A DNA stretch of 64,000 bases from Spirochaetales bacterium (GCA_037142615.1 JBAXAI010000001.1:288001-352000), one strand, 5' to 3'. Shown: positions 48,020 to 57,034, counted from the first letter of the stretch. Translations and numbers: made by a program. Notes: generated from the letters alone by a model not told the origin.

Positions 48020-48981
48020 ACCCACAAAAAAACCTCGGCAACAAGCCGTCGCTCAGCCACTGGGACTTCCCAGACGATGCTGCCTCAACAAAGACTTATC
48101 TCGCTGCTCTCGAACAACTCCAGAAGCTTTTCATCGATGTCCAGCGTGATGCCTTCAGCCTTTCCGAGTTTGAGAAGTTCGTAAACTCCCTCGTCTCGAC
48201 ATTTCAAAGTCAGTCCTGGGGGCTCTTCCGCGTTTTTCTGGACCAGAAGGTATTCCAGGCCTCAACCGCCTCGACCTGCCTCAATACGGCCTTGGTTTGC
48301 TTTCTTTTCGCACGCGCTAATGCGTGGAGCGGTGAAAACACCGGGCTTCTGGTACGGGCGGCTTTGCTTCATGACATCGGAATGCTGTTTCTGCCCCCTT
48401 CCGTGCTCCTCAAGGAAGGCAAACTCAGCGAAAAAGAACGGGCAATCCTCGAGAGTCACCCCTCGGTTTCCTTCGAGCTCGTCAAGAAGTGGGGAGAAAG
48501 CTTCGAAGCTACCCAAGTAGCTCTGCAGCACCATGAAGAGTGGAATGGCACCGGCTATCCTTCCAAAGCGGTCGGTTCCAAGATTCACCCTTGGGCCGGC
48601 ACCGTTGCTGTCTGCTTGAACTTCGTGGCCCGCGTCACCCAACGAGGTTATCGAAACAGCGTAGTCGGCTACGAGGCCGTCAAGAAGTTGATACAGGATC
48701 AGAATGTCCGTTTTCAACCCTCGATCGTGAAGGACTTCGTCAAGACTACGGGACTGTACCCGCCGGGAAGTATCCTCCTTCTTAGCGACGGGAGCATCGC
48801 CCGGGTCATCGCACTGACGCACACGAACGTCATGCGACCGCAGATCCGGATCTTGATTGACCACTTCGGAAGTCCGTTCCGAGACGACCGCGGGCCCTTG
48901 TTCGAATTGTCAGAAGCCCCGAAACTCTTCATCGCTCGACCTGTCAACCTGGAAGACCTGTTCCCCAAAGATGTCAACTAA
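48016..48981 (+). CDS. HD-GYP domain protein (partly degenerate)
   Basis: LLHDIG, HHEEWNGTGYP, YP.GS...LSDG; lacks the conserved upstream His and downstream Asp. Confidence 0.85.
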   Translation: MNPQKNLGNKPSLSHWDFPDDAASTKTYLAALEQLQKLFIDVQRDAFSLSEFEKFVNSLVSTFQSQSWGLFRVFLDQKVFQASTASTCLNTALVCFLFARANAWSGENTGLLVRAALLHDIGMLFLPPSVLLKEGKLSEKERAILESHPSVSFELVKKWGESFEATQVALQHHEEWNGTGYPSKAVGSKIHPWAGTVAVCLNFVARVTQRGYRNSVVGYEAVKKLIQDQNVRFQPSIVKDFVKTTGLYPPGSILLLSDGSIARVIALTHTNVMRPQIRILIDHFGSPFRDDRGPLFELSEAPKLFIARPVNLEDLFPKDVN

Positions 48982-49333
48982 AAAGGACGGAGACCTAGGC
49001 GAAGATACTGTTGCGCTCTGGTTGTCTTCGCAGGGATACCACATCATCAAAAGAAACCTCAGGTGTCCCGAGGGAGAGGTCGATATAATAGTGTACAGGG
49101 ACGCATGTGTTGCCTTCGTCGAGGTAAAAGCCTGGAAGAAGTTCGGCATTGAGTCACTGGGACTCTCAATCCATTCAGGAAAAAGGAGAAACATCATCCG
49201 AACAGCCAGATTTTTCCTTCGTCAGTACCCGGAATGGAAGCAGTTCCGTCCTCGTTTCGACGTGGCCTTCATTGCCGCCGACAACAGCATCCATCATTTT
49301 CCAGATGCTTTTACGGAAGCAGGCTTCCAATGA
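48971..49333 (+). CDS. yraN: YraN family PD-(D/E)xK nuclease-like protein
   Basis: G..GE, GEVDII, FVEVK, RFDV, AF terminus. Confidence 0.9.
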   Translation: MSTKKDGDLGEDTVALWLSSQGYHIIKRNLRCPEGEVDIIVYRDACVAFVEVKAWKKFGIESLGLSIHSGKRRNIIRTARFFLRQYPEWKQFRPRFDVAFIAADNSIHHFPDAFTEAGFQ

Positions 49334-49485
49334 GCACCGACAACAAACCGGATGCCGAACGAATCCTTGAACTTCGGAGAAAAATCCGTGAAGAGGAATA
49401 TCTCAGCAAGGCCATCCAAGAAATGGCTTTGTTGTTGACAGAGAGCATCAATCGGAGTCATTTTCTACTTCATGAAAGAAAATAA
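49330..49485 (+). CDS. Small 51-aa helical protein, FlgM C-terminus-like
   Basis: ATGA overlap with yraN; DAERILELRRKI....Y.....A..L. Confidence 0.55.
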   Translation: MSTDNKPDAERILELRRKIREEEYLSKAIQEMALLLTESINRSHFLLHERK

Positions 49486-49843
49486 TCAGGAACGCCGCGG
49501 TTCCCGTGGTCGACGTCGCTTTCGTCACGACCACGAAAGTCCACGGGTGGTGATTCCGCCCCAGGATTGTGCGGTTTGCGGCACTCCTATCGCTGAAATG
49601 GCCAGCGCTGTGGCGTGGAGCACCGAGAAACGACCTGCTCACTTTGACTGTGTCCTCCAAGAACTGACCAAGCGAGAAACTTTGGTCGATGCTGAGAAGA
49701 TCGCCTACCTTGGTTCTGGCATGTTCGGCGTCATTGTGGAAAAAGAAAATAGCCGATTTGAGGTTCACCGGAAGATCATGGTGGATGATCCTGCGAGTGC
49801 GCCCGAATGGCGTCGGGAAATACGAACACTCTACAAAAGGTAG
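49472..49843 (+). CDS. Hypothetical protein with putative Zn finger
   Basis: Arg-rich N-terminus; CAVC and HFDC; YLG.G.FG; W near C-terminus. Confidence 0.75.
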   Translation: MKENNQERRGSRGRRRFRHDHESPRVVIPPQDCAVCGTPIAEMASAVAWSTEKRPAHFDCVLQELTKRETLVDAEKIAYLGSGMFGVIVEKENSRFEVHRKIMVDDPASAPEWRREIRTLYKR

Positions 49844-49858
49844 TGAAATGGCTCCGGC

Positions 49859-49898
49859 GCAAAAAAAAACTGACCCAGTTCGGGTCAGTTTTTTTTGC
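49859..49898. terminator. Bidirectional Rho-independent terminator
   Basis: GC-A tract-CTGACCC-agttc-GGGTCAG-T tract-GC between convergent genes. Confidence 0.9.
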
Positions 49899-49908
49899 AC
49901 TCGCTAAC

Positions 49909-50613
49909 TCAGTATTTCGTGAAGGCGGCCAAAACCGACTCTGCTTTCTTGCGAACGGGCGTAATGTAGTTGCCGTTCTGGATCTTGATCAGGGCGGCGA
50001 ACACTTCCTGGCTGACTCTCCCATTGTTCTTCTTGCCGAGCATCTCCAGCGAGGACACTGCGGCAAAAGCGAAATTGCTGTCTGGGCGGATCGCGTCTTG
50101 AGATTTGACAAGGTTGGTGATGACACTTTCCACACGAGCCGACTGGTCACCGCCTCCGATGAGGCCCAGAGAGTACACCGCCTCAGAAATCACCATGGGT
50201 TCAGGATCCTTGATCGCCATGTTGAGCAAAACTTCGCGCGCCTTGTCCCCACCTATTTGCCCTAGAAGTTCTGCGGCCTGCCGCCGAACTTCGGGATAGT
50301 CATTGATCACACGGCCGTTTTGGCGGATTTCACTTGTGGTGCCTTCGCCGCCAAGTTGATCCAAGAGTACGATCACATCCACGCTCTTGTCGTTGACTTT
50401 GCCCGTCTCTACCATTTTGGCGATGAAATCGAGCGCCTTGATCTTCTCGCTGCGCCCCTGCTCGTTAACCAAGCTACGAACGACCTGAACTTCCACGCTG
50501 CTCTGCAGATAGACGTCCTCCACGGTCTTCGGTCCGGCCTTGTCTGTCGATTGCGCGAAAAGAAAGACGGGAGCCATCAACAGCCCATAAAGGAGGGGCA
50601 AAGACTTCTTCAT
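49909..50613 (-). CDS. Exported HEAT-repeat protein
   Basis: Signal peptide; VRRQAAELLGQIG, DPEPMV..EAVYSLG. Confidence 0.85.
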   Translation of the reverse strand: MKKSLPLLYGLLMAPVFLFAQSTDKAGPKTVEDVYLQSSVEVQVVRSLVNEQGRSEKIKALDFIAKMVETGKVNDKSVDVIVLLDQLGGEGTTSEIRQNGRVINDYPEVRRQAAELLGQIGGDKAREVLLNMAIKDPEPMVISEAVYSLGLIGGGDQSARVESVITNLVKSQDAIRPDSNFAFAAVSSLEMLGKKNNGRVSQEVFAALIKIQNGNYITPVRKKAESVLAAFTKY

Positions 50614-50629
50614 ACGTTCTCCTTGTTGC

Positions 50630-51247
50630 TTACCAAAATGATATCTTCCATTCTTTTCCGTACAATTTCAACTGGTAAAGTAGAATTTTCTGGTTTTTTA
50701 TGAGTGTATACGCCTCTACACGCTCTTCGTCCACGAACCGAATCTCGTCGACCATGACCTTGGAGCGACTGGGCACCACGACCCATTCGAAGTAGTCCTT
50801 CAGGGTCTTGAGGCGGATGGAATACTGTTTGAGCACGGCACTGTCGTTGGAAACCGCCTTCAGAAACACCGCGTCACTGTATTTCTTGAGGTAGGTGGAA
50901 TCAAGGTGATTCTTCCATTCCTCGATATCCTTGCTGCTGATGGTGGCGTTGAGCCTATCGACAAGGTCGCGAATCTCCTTCAGGGAGGTGGTGTATTTCT
51001 CTTCTGAAACCTGAAACACATCGGAGGCGGGTGGGCTGGGCGGTATCACTTCAGGAATCGGCTCAGGGACTGCGGTTACTACCGGTTCAACTACGACTAC
51101 CGGTTCAACCGGTGGAGTCTCGACGACGGGGATCGCTTCCACCACAGGCTCAACTGAAGGAACAGGCGACGGAGCGACAGGAGTTGAAACACAGGATACC
51201 GCCAACAGTCCGGAGGCCAAAAGGCAACAAAAGACCTTGGTACGCAT
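50630..51247 (-). CDS. Lipoprotein with Pro/Val/Glu-rich linker
   Basis: LLAVSC lipobox; L.DYF..VVVPSR, VDEI.F, WKI terminus. Confidence 0.8.
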   Translation of the reverse strand: MRTKVFCCLLASGLLAVSCVSTPVAPSPVPSVEPVVEAIPVVETPPVEPVVVVEPVVTAVPEPIPEVIPPSPPASDVFQVSEEKYTTSLKEIRDLVDRLNATISSKDIEEWKNHLDSTYLKKYSDAVFLKAVSNDSAVLKQYSIRLKTLKDYFEWVVVPSRSKVMVDEIRFVDEERVEAYTLIKNQKILLYQLKLYGKEWKISFW

Positions 51248-51253
51248 AGAGTC

Positions 51254-51282
51254 ATACTAGGTTCTGGCGGCCTCTTTGTCAA
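51254..51282 (-). promoter_or_regulatory. Putative sigma70 promoter of lipoprotein gene (leaderless)
   Basis: TTGACA-N17-TAGTAT-N6-ATG. Confidence 0.7.
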
Positions 51283-51290
51283 AATGTTTC

Positions 51291-51320
51291 TTGACCTTAT
51301 CCCGGTTCCAAGTTTAGGGT
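51291..51320 (+). promoter_or_regulatory. Putative sigma70 promoter of coaD (leaderless)
   Basis: TTGACC-N18-TAGGGT-N7-ATG. Confidence 0.5.
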
Positions 51321-51327
51321 ATGCGAC

Positions 51328-51816
51328 ATGCAAGCTGTGTTCCCAGGCACTTTCGACCCACCAACGAACGGCCACCTCAATTTGATCGAACGCTCGAGTC
51401 GGCTCATGGAGCGGCTCCTTGTCGTGGTTTCCGACAATTCCCAAAAAAACTGCCTGTTTTCGCCAGAACAGCGTCGTCAGTTTCTCGTAGAAATGACCCG
51501 GCACCTGCCGAATGTCGAGGTCTACGTCTGGGACAAACTCATCGTGGACTTCGCGAGCCAGCACGGCATCCGCACCATACTTCGAGGGGTACGGGCCTTT
51601 ACCGACTTTGGCTACGAGTTTGAGCTCAGCATGGTCAACAAGGGCATCAACAGCCAGATCGAAACCTTCCTGATGCCAACCGATCCGCGTTACTTTGTCC
51701 TTCGTTCTTCAGCTATCAAGGAACTCGTGCGTTTGGATTGCGACGTATCAACCATGGTTCCCCCGGTGGTCGAGGCCGCTCTGAAAGAGAAGCACGCTCG
51801 TGGGGAGCTCGGCTGA
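51328..51816 (+). CDS. coaD: Phosphopantetheine adenylyltransferase
   Basis: PGTFDPPTNGH, RGVR...DF.YE, SS.IKE. Confidence 0.96.
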   Translation: MQAVFPGTFDPPTNGHLNLIERSSRLMERLLVVVSDNSQKNCLFSPEQRRQFLVEMTRHLPNVEVYVWDKLIVDFASQHGIRTILRGVRAFTDFGYEFELSMVNKGINSQIETFLMPTDPRYFVLRSSAIKELVRLDCDVSTMVPPVVEAALKEKHARGELG

Positions 51817-51832
51817 GAAGATCTCTTTCAAC

Positions 51833-51861
51833 TTGACACCCTATTGGAAATGGGATAAGTT
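51833..51861 (+). promoter_or_regulatory. Putative sigma70 promoter of rpmF-acpP-rnc
   Basis: TTGACA-N17-TAAGTT. Confidence 0.55.
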
Positions 51862-51891
51862 GATCCACGAAATTTTTCTGAGGGAAGGCGA

Positions 51892-52080
51892 ATGGCAACA
51901 CCCAAGTTTAACACTTCCAAGCACCGAAGTCGCAAACGTCGATCGGCAAACATGAAGATCACGGTTCCGAACCTGGTTTCCTGCGGCAACTGTGGAAACA
52001 AAGTTCTTCTGCATCGAGTATGCCCCAAGTGCGGTTTCTACCGCGGGAAGCAAGTTTTTGAACCCGAAGCAATGGCCTGA
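51892..52080 (+). CDS. rpmF: 50S ribosomal protein L32 (Zn-binding form)
   Basis: MATPK..TSK.R...RR, CGNCG....HRVCPKCGFY. Confidence 0.96.
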   Translation: MATPKFNTSKHRSRKRRSANMKITVPNLVSCGNCGNKVLLHRVCPKCGFYRGKQVFEPEAMA

Positions 52081-52095
52081 GCAAAGGAGTGACCA

Positions 52096-52332
52096 ATGGA
52101 CGAACTGTTTGAGAAACTGAAGAAGATCATTGTTGAGAAACTCGAAGTCGCCGAGAGCAAGGTAACCTTGGACAGCAAGATCCGCGAGGATCTCGGCGCT
52201 GACAGTCTGGATACCTATGAACTCCTCTACGCCATCGAAGAAGACATGGGAATTACTATTCCCGAGGACAAAGCTACCGAGTTTGAAAAGGTCGGTGATG
52301 TCCTGAACTATCTGCGCAGCCAACAGAAGTGA
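52096..52332 (+). CDS. acpP: Acyl carrier protein
   Basis: DLGADSLD phosphopantetheine site. Confidence 0.96.
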   Translation: MDELFEKLKKIIVEKLEVAESKVTLDSKIREDLGADSLDTYELLYAIEEDMGITIPEDKATEFEKVGDVLNYLRSQQK

Positions 52333-52338
52333 ACCTCG

Positions 52339-53115
52339 GTGGACGTGTTCGGTAAGCCGAAACCACCTCAAACTTCTGCACTGAACCCGGAAAGGAGACG
52401 GCAACTAGAGTTGTTTGTGTCGCTTTCCGGGGCCAGGTTCAAGAATCTGAGTATTCTGAACTTGGCACTCTCCCACCGTTCCTACGTCAATGAGGCCCAG
52501 GATTCCCGCGACAATAACGAGCGCTTGGAGTTTCTGGGCGATTCTGTCTTGGGGCTTGTCGTCAGTTCCTACTTGGTGCAACACCTTCCAGACCGTCCCG
52601 AAGGTGAATTGGCGAAGATCAAATCCTTTGTTGTCTCGGAAGGTATTCTTTCCGTCTTGGCCAAAGCTTGGGGACTAGACTCTCTTCTCTTGATTGGAAA
52701 GGGCGAGGAGAACTCCGGCGGGCGAAACAAAAAGGCACTTCTGGCTGATGCCCTCGAGGCGGTCTTCGGTGCTTACTATCTCGACGCTGGTTTTGAAGAA
52801 GCCGAGAAGTTGGTGTTGGGGCTCCTGAAACCGCAGATTGCCCTTGTCTTGGAAGACCGCCATCAGAAAGACTACAAAACTCTGTTGCAGGAATTGGTGC
52901 AGAAAGACTTTCGTACCTACCCCAAGTACACTTTGACCGACCGTGTCGGGCCGGATCATGACCGCACCTTCTATATGGATGTCAGCGTCGAGGGTCGGGT
53001 GCTTGGTAGCGGTTCCGGCAAAAACAAAAAAGAAGCCGAGCAAGTCGCGGCCGGGATTGCGTACGAAGCCATCACTGGGACTTCAGGAACGAAAGAAGGG
53101 CCAAGCGTTCGTTGA
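52339..53115 (+). CDS. rnc: Ribonuclease III
   Basis: ALSHRSY, NERLEFLGDSVL, ADALEA, DYKT.LQE dsRBD. Confidence 0.96.
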   Translation: MDVFGKPKPPQTSALNPERRRQLELFVSLSGARFKNLSILNLALSHRSYVNEAQDSRDNNERLEFLGDSVLGLVVSSYLVQHLPDRPEGELAKIKSFVVSEGILSVLAKAWGLDSLLLIGKGEENSGGRNKKALLADALEAVFGAYYLDAGFEEAEKLVLGLLKPQIALVLEDRHQKDYKTLLQELVQKDFRTYPKYTLTDRVGPDHDRTFYMDVSVEGRVLGSGSGKNKKEAEQVAAGIAYEAITGTSGTKEGPSVR

Positions 53116-54292
53116 GCTCTGGTCGTTCCCAGACAAGCTTCAGCAGTCTCTGGAGTGTCGTGCCCACCTCGGGACCGGGGTTCAGTCCCGCTTGAATAAG
53201 GTCGTTGCCATTGACGGCCAATTCGGCGAGAAAAACAGGGGTTCCCGGCCGTTTCAAAGCCCGCAGCTCCTCAACGGTGTCCTGCGAAGGCAAAATGGCT
53301 CCAGACCGACTTAGGCACTCCAACACCGCCGCATGGTGTTCAATGACTTCTCTGGAGTTCCAATGCGACAGGATGGTACGGGAGCGTTCCAAGAGGGTTG
53401 AGCGGGACTCCAAAATGCGGATGGCCAGCAGCGGAGCCATCACCGAAGTGACCTCCAGGCTTGAGAGCTTGAGGTTTCTCAGCGTTGGCTCCCAGGAGCT
53501 CCTTTCCATCGCTGAACCAGCGGCAAGCCAGACAGACAAGCGCTGCAGGGGGTCGAGGAGCGCCCAGCACTCGTACACCTCGGTAGCCAGCGGAATACAT
53601 GCAAGTCCAGGGAACAGGAGGCGCAGCACACCTTGTTGCTCCAATGTGGGCCAAATGCGTGACACCGCCGTTGAGCCAAGGATCTTGAGCAGTTCGTCCC
53701 GGATCCGCTCACGCGAGACACTGCTCAGGTTGGGACTGAGTTCTACGGCTGCATCGAAGGTGCGTGGATCCCAGCCGAAATCGAATTGAGCCGCAAAACG
53801 AAAGAAACGGAGAATTCGAAGTGCGTCTTCCGTGAAGCGGTGAACGGGGTTGCCTATCGCTCGCAGGATCCTTTCCGACAAGTCGCTTTGTCCCCCATGA
53901 ATATCGAGCAACTCTCCGTTACTAAGGTCGACTGCCATTGCATTGATGGTAAAGTCCCTTCGACTGAGGTCCTCTTCCAGGTTGGAAGTGTAGGTGACGC
54001 TATCGGGTCGGCGAGCGTCAGAGTAGGTTCCGTCAATGCGAAAGGTCGTTACCTCGAAGGCCTGTTTCCGGTAGAGTACGGTCACAGTCCCATGGCGGAT
54101 TCCGGTCGGAATCACTCGGGGGAAGTAGGACATCACTTCGCCCGGGGTTGCATCGGTGGCAAAGTCCAGGTCGCTCGCACCGAGCCCCATCAGAAGATTT
54201 CTGACAGCACCCCCGACGAGATAAACCGAACGGCCGTGTTGCACAAAGACCTCAGAAAAGGGATGCAGCTTACTTAGCAGTTCGTCAAACAT
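53072..54292 (-). CDS. cca: Class II CCA tRNA nucleotidyltransferase
   Basis: VGGAVR, DLDFAT, EVTTFR, RRDFTINA, EDALRILR..RF, ERI..EL. Confidence 0.88.
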   Translation of the reverse strand: MFDELLSKLHPFSEVFVQHGRSVYLVGGAVRNLLMGLGASDLDFATDATPGEVMSYFPRVIPTGIRHGTVTVLYRKQAFEVTTFRIDGTYSDARRPDSVTYTSNLEEDLSRRDFTINAMAVDLSNGELLDIHGGQSDLSERILRAIGNPVHRFTEDALRILRFFRFAAQFDFGWDPRTFDAAVELSPNLSSVSRERIRDELLKILGSTAVSRIWPTLEQQGVLRLLFPGLACIPLATEVYECWALLDPLQRLSVWLAAGSAMERSSWEPTLRNLKLSSLEVTSVMAPLLAIRILESRSTLLERSRTILSHWNSREVIEHHAAVLECLSRSGAILPSQDTVEELRALKRPGTPVFLAELAVNGNDLIQAGLNPGPEVGTTLQRLLKLVWERPELNERLALLSFLKSQ

Positions 54293-54298
54293 GCAACT

Positions 54299-54337
54299 AC
54301 GTTAGGGTTGTACAAAACGAAAAGTCAAGTTTATCTT
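54299..54337. promoter_or_regulatory. Overlapping divergent promoters of cca and thiN (both leaderless)
   Basis: Minus: TTGACT(54328-54323)-N18-TAACGT-N6-ATG; plus: TTGTAC(54308-54313)-N18-TATCTT-N6-ATG. Confidence 0.6.
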
Positions 54338-54343
54338 GGAGCC

Positions 54344-54979
54344 ATGATCACTGCCATCCTTTCTTCCGGAGAACTGCTCAGTGGGGACCGGTTCAGAGGC
54401 CTTTTGCGGCAGTGTACGACGATCATCGCCGCCGACCGAGGTTTGTTGATGTTGCAGGGTACCGGCTTTGTTGCCGATGTGGCCGTGGGAGACCTCGATT
54501 CACTGCAGGAAAGTGGGTTGCCTTGGCGAGACTTGACCAAAGAAGTCCAAGCCTATTCATCTCACAAAGACCTCACAGACACGGAATTGGCTGTCGAATT
54601 GGCTTTGGGTTCCGGTGCAGGATGTCTTTGGTTGTTCGGTGGAGGAGGGGGCCGGATGGACCACTGGCTCTCCAACTTGCGACTTTTCGAGAGCTCTCCA
54701 GCCATTGGGCGATGGTACACGCCCTTTGACATCGGATTCAGGTTGGGTGAAGGCTTGTCTTTGAGGCTTTCCGATGGCCGGGTCTCGGTATTTCCGGTCG
54801 GGCTCGGCCCCTGGCAGGCCTCCAGCCAGGGGCTCAGATGGCCGCTGGACCAGGTCGATTTTTCACGTTGGCACAGTTTGAGCAATGTCGCTCAGACGGG
54901 GGCAACAATCGAGTCTCAGCAAGGCGAGTTCCTGGTTCTTCAGGATTGGACCGGCGAATTGTTGGAGTCCCAAGCGTGA
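54344..54979 (+). CDS. thiN: Thiamine pyrophosphokinase
   Basis: IAADRG, VGDLDS, KD.TDTELA, GGRMDH..N, GL.WPL, SN. Confidence 0.9.
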   Translation: MITAILSSGELLSGDRFRGLLRQCTTIIAADRGLLMLQGTGFVADVAVGDLDSLQESGLPWRDLTKEVQAYSSHKDLTDTELAVELALGSGAGCLWLFGGGGGRMDHWLSNLRLFESSPAIGRWYTPFDIGFRLGEGLSLRLSDGRVSVFPVGLGPWQASSQGLRWPLDQVDFSRWHSLSNVAQTGATIESQQGEFLVLQDWTGELLESQA

Positions 54980-56724
54980 GCTCCACTTTTGAGGACCTTT
55001 CGGACTCCATTTCCCTTGACGAAAAGAAGGCACTGCTGGGGAAAATTCAGGCGAGTCTGAACCTGTCGGTAAAAGACACCGATAGCATCATCAGCAAGGT
55101 CGATGGCCCCGAGGAATTGCGCCACCGACTGACAAAAGAGGCCGAAAACCTGGGACTCCTTGAGCGTTTGGTCCTGCGGATCACGGGTTTCTTTCGCAGT
55201 CAGGCGGTTTACGAAGTCATGGCAGAGCGTAAACTGGCGCAGACGCGTGAGACACTGAAGACGAGGATGGGTTCCTTTGTTCATTGGGGACGAGAGGAAC
55301 TGACCCCCGAGTTTGCAAAACGAGTTTACGATTTGTACTTTGACGCCGCCGCGCTGAGACCGGTGTTCGATCAACTGTTTCAGCAACGTCTGACGCTGGA
55401 GGCCGGGGTCCTGCACCTATTGGCCGAAGAACATCCCGATGCTGCACATCAGCTCACTGATCTGTTTCCGGCGGATGAGATGGCTCGTCTTTACCGCTCG
55501 GAGCAGAAGCGGGGCGTGCTCCAGCAGCAACTCAGGAAGAAGCTTGAGGTCTACCTCATGGAGTTTCCGTCAGGAGTTCTTGAGCGCGTGAAAGGACGGC
55601 TCAAACCCGTCTACTACTTCAAACACGTTGTCAATTACCCCTTTACCTTTCTCTTGGACCTGTTTGGGCACAATCCCGACAAGTCGGACCCCGTCAAGTA
55701 TCCATACTTTGTCGGTTCGTCCTGGAAGAAGGCAGCCGGCTACCTTGAGCGCCTTTACTATGGAATCTACCTTTGCACCAAGGTGGACTGGCAGGAAGGG
55801 TCGCTCAATGTCCTTGTTCAGGGAGTCGTTGACCGCATGGGTGACTCAAAAGGTGCTCTGACCGTGGAGCAGGTCAATAAACACCTAAGTTCCCTTCACA
55901 CAACGGCTTTGGAACTTTCCACGAGGATTCCCTGGAAGGAATTGCTGCAATGGAGCTTCGGCGACCCTTATTACTCGGTGAAGTTCTACCTTCCCAAGTT
56001 CTCGCTCAAGGAGTTCTACCAAAACACGCTCGAAATGCGTTTTCTGGAGCAACTTGATGACCTGCTGCCCCAGGTAAGGCAAGAGATTCTGACTTCGGAG
56101 CGCGCAACACTGTTTCAAAACGGCAACTACCAACCACTTGAGTACTATGTGCCCGGAGTGGGAACAGCCCTCGGTGGTCAACACCAACTCAAGGGCTTCC
56201 GCTATCCGGAAGCCCTCGGAATGCTTTGGGGCTTCCTAAACCAGCATTTCCTGCGCAAACATGTGCCCTTCCTTCAAAGCATGGGACGGATGTTGTATCA
56301 GGCCAACAAGAATCTTCTGCAACCCATGACCAACCTCGCCGACGACATGGTCAATCTGCGCGAGAAGGTTGCACGCTTTGACAAATCCCTCCATCCGGAT
56401 ATGGAGGAGGGTAAGGAGTTCCAGAAACTCAAGTACGAATTGGCGACAAAACCCACCAGCTATAAGCCGTTCATTCAGCTCGTCCAGAACAAAGACGATC
56501 AGGCCCGCGAGCTTGTTGAACGGGGAATCGAGAACCTGCAGGCGATGGCAACGTTCCTGTTCAACCTGCGAGAAAAAAACATACCGGTTGTGATGAATGT
56601 CCTTGCTATGCCTTACCTACTCGAGGGGCAGCAAGAAGATATTGCTCATGGGCTCGAAAGGATGCTGGTCGTGCTCCAAAAGACAGTCTTCATACTCAAG
56701 GAAGCAATCACCCTTGAAAGTTGA
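54976..56724 (+). CDS. Conserved hypothetical helical protein (spirochaete DUF5312-like)
   Basis: GTGA overlap; long alpha-helical protein with strong coding bias; family label from recall, not searched. Confidence 0.65.
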   Translation: MSSTFEDLSDSISLDEKKALLGKIQASLNLSVKDTDSIISKVDGPEELRHRLTKEAENLGLLERLVLRITGFFRSQAVYEVMAERKLAQTRETLKTRMGSFVHWGREELTPEFAKRVYDLYFDAAALRPVFDQLFQQRLTLEAGVLHLLAEEHPDAAHQLTDLFPADEMARLYRSEQKRGVLQQQLRKKLEVYLMEFPSGVLERVKGRLKPVYYFKHVVNYPFTFLLDLFGHNPDKSDPVKYPYFVGSSWKKAAGYLERLYYGIYLCTKVDWQEGSLNVLVQGVVDRMGDSKGALTVEQVNKHLSSLHTTALELSTRIPWKELLQWSFGDPYYSVKFYLPKFSLKEFYQNTLEMRFLEQLDDLLPQVRQEILTSERATLFQNGNYQPLEYYVPGVGTALGGQHQLKGFRYPEALGMLWGFLNQHFLRKHVPFLQSMGRMLYQANKNLLQPMTNLADDMVNLREKVARFDKSLHPDMEEGKEFQKLKYELATKPTSYKPFIQLVQNKDDQARELVERGIENLQAMATFLFNLREKNIPVVMNVLAMPYLLEGQQEDIAHGLERMLVVLQKTVFILKEAITLES

Positions 56725-57034
56725 TCTGGAGTTCGTCTTCTTCCGCCTTCTGGTGTTCTTCTTCCTCATGACAATCATCCTGCTGACGATGTATCTGCTG
56801 GGTACCTACCAGAGCTTCATGGATAACACTTTGGTCACGCTTTTCTCGGCCTTCCGCTTCTTCGCCTGGCTCGGTCTGCTCATGTCCATTTTCTCGCAGG
56901 TGTTATTGTTGTCAAAGAAAGCGGTGACTGTACTTCGCCGGGTGTCAAATCTGTTGATTCTGGGCTTTTTTGGTTGCCTGTACTTCTTGGTTGAGTTCCT
57001 CAAGGCGTGGATCTACCCCGGAACACTTCCTTGA
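56714..57034 (+). CDS. Small 3-TM membrane protein
   Basis: Three hydrophobic segments; Y..G..Q.F.D motif. Confidence 0.7.
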   Translation: MKVDLEFVFFRLLVFFFLMTIILLTMYLLGTYQSFMDNTLVTLFSAFRFFAWLGLLMSIFSQVLLLSKKAVTVLRRVSNLLILGFFGCLYFLVEFLKAWIYPGTLP

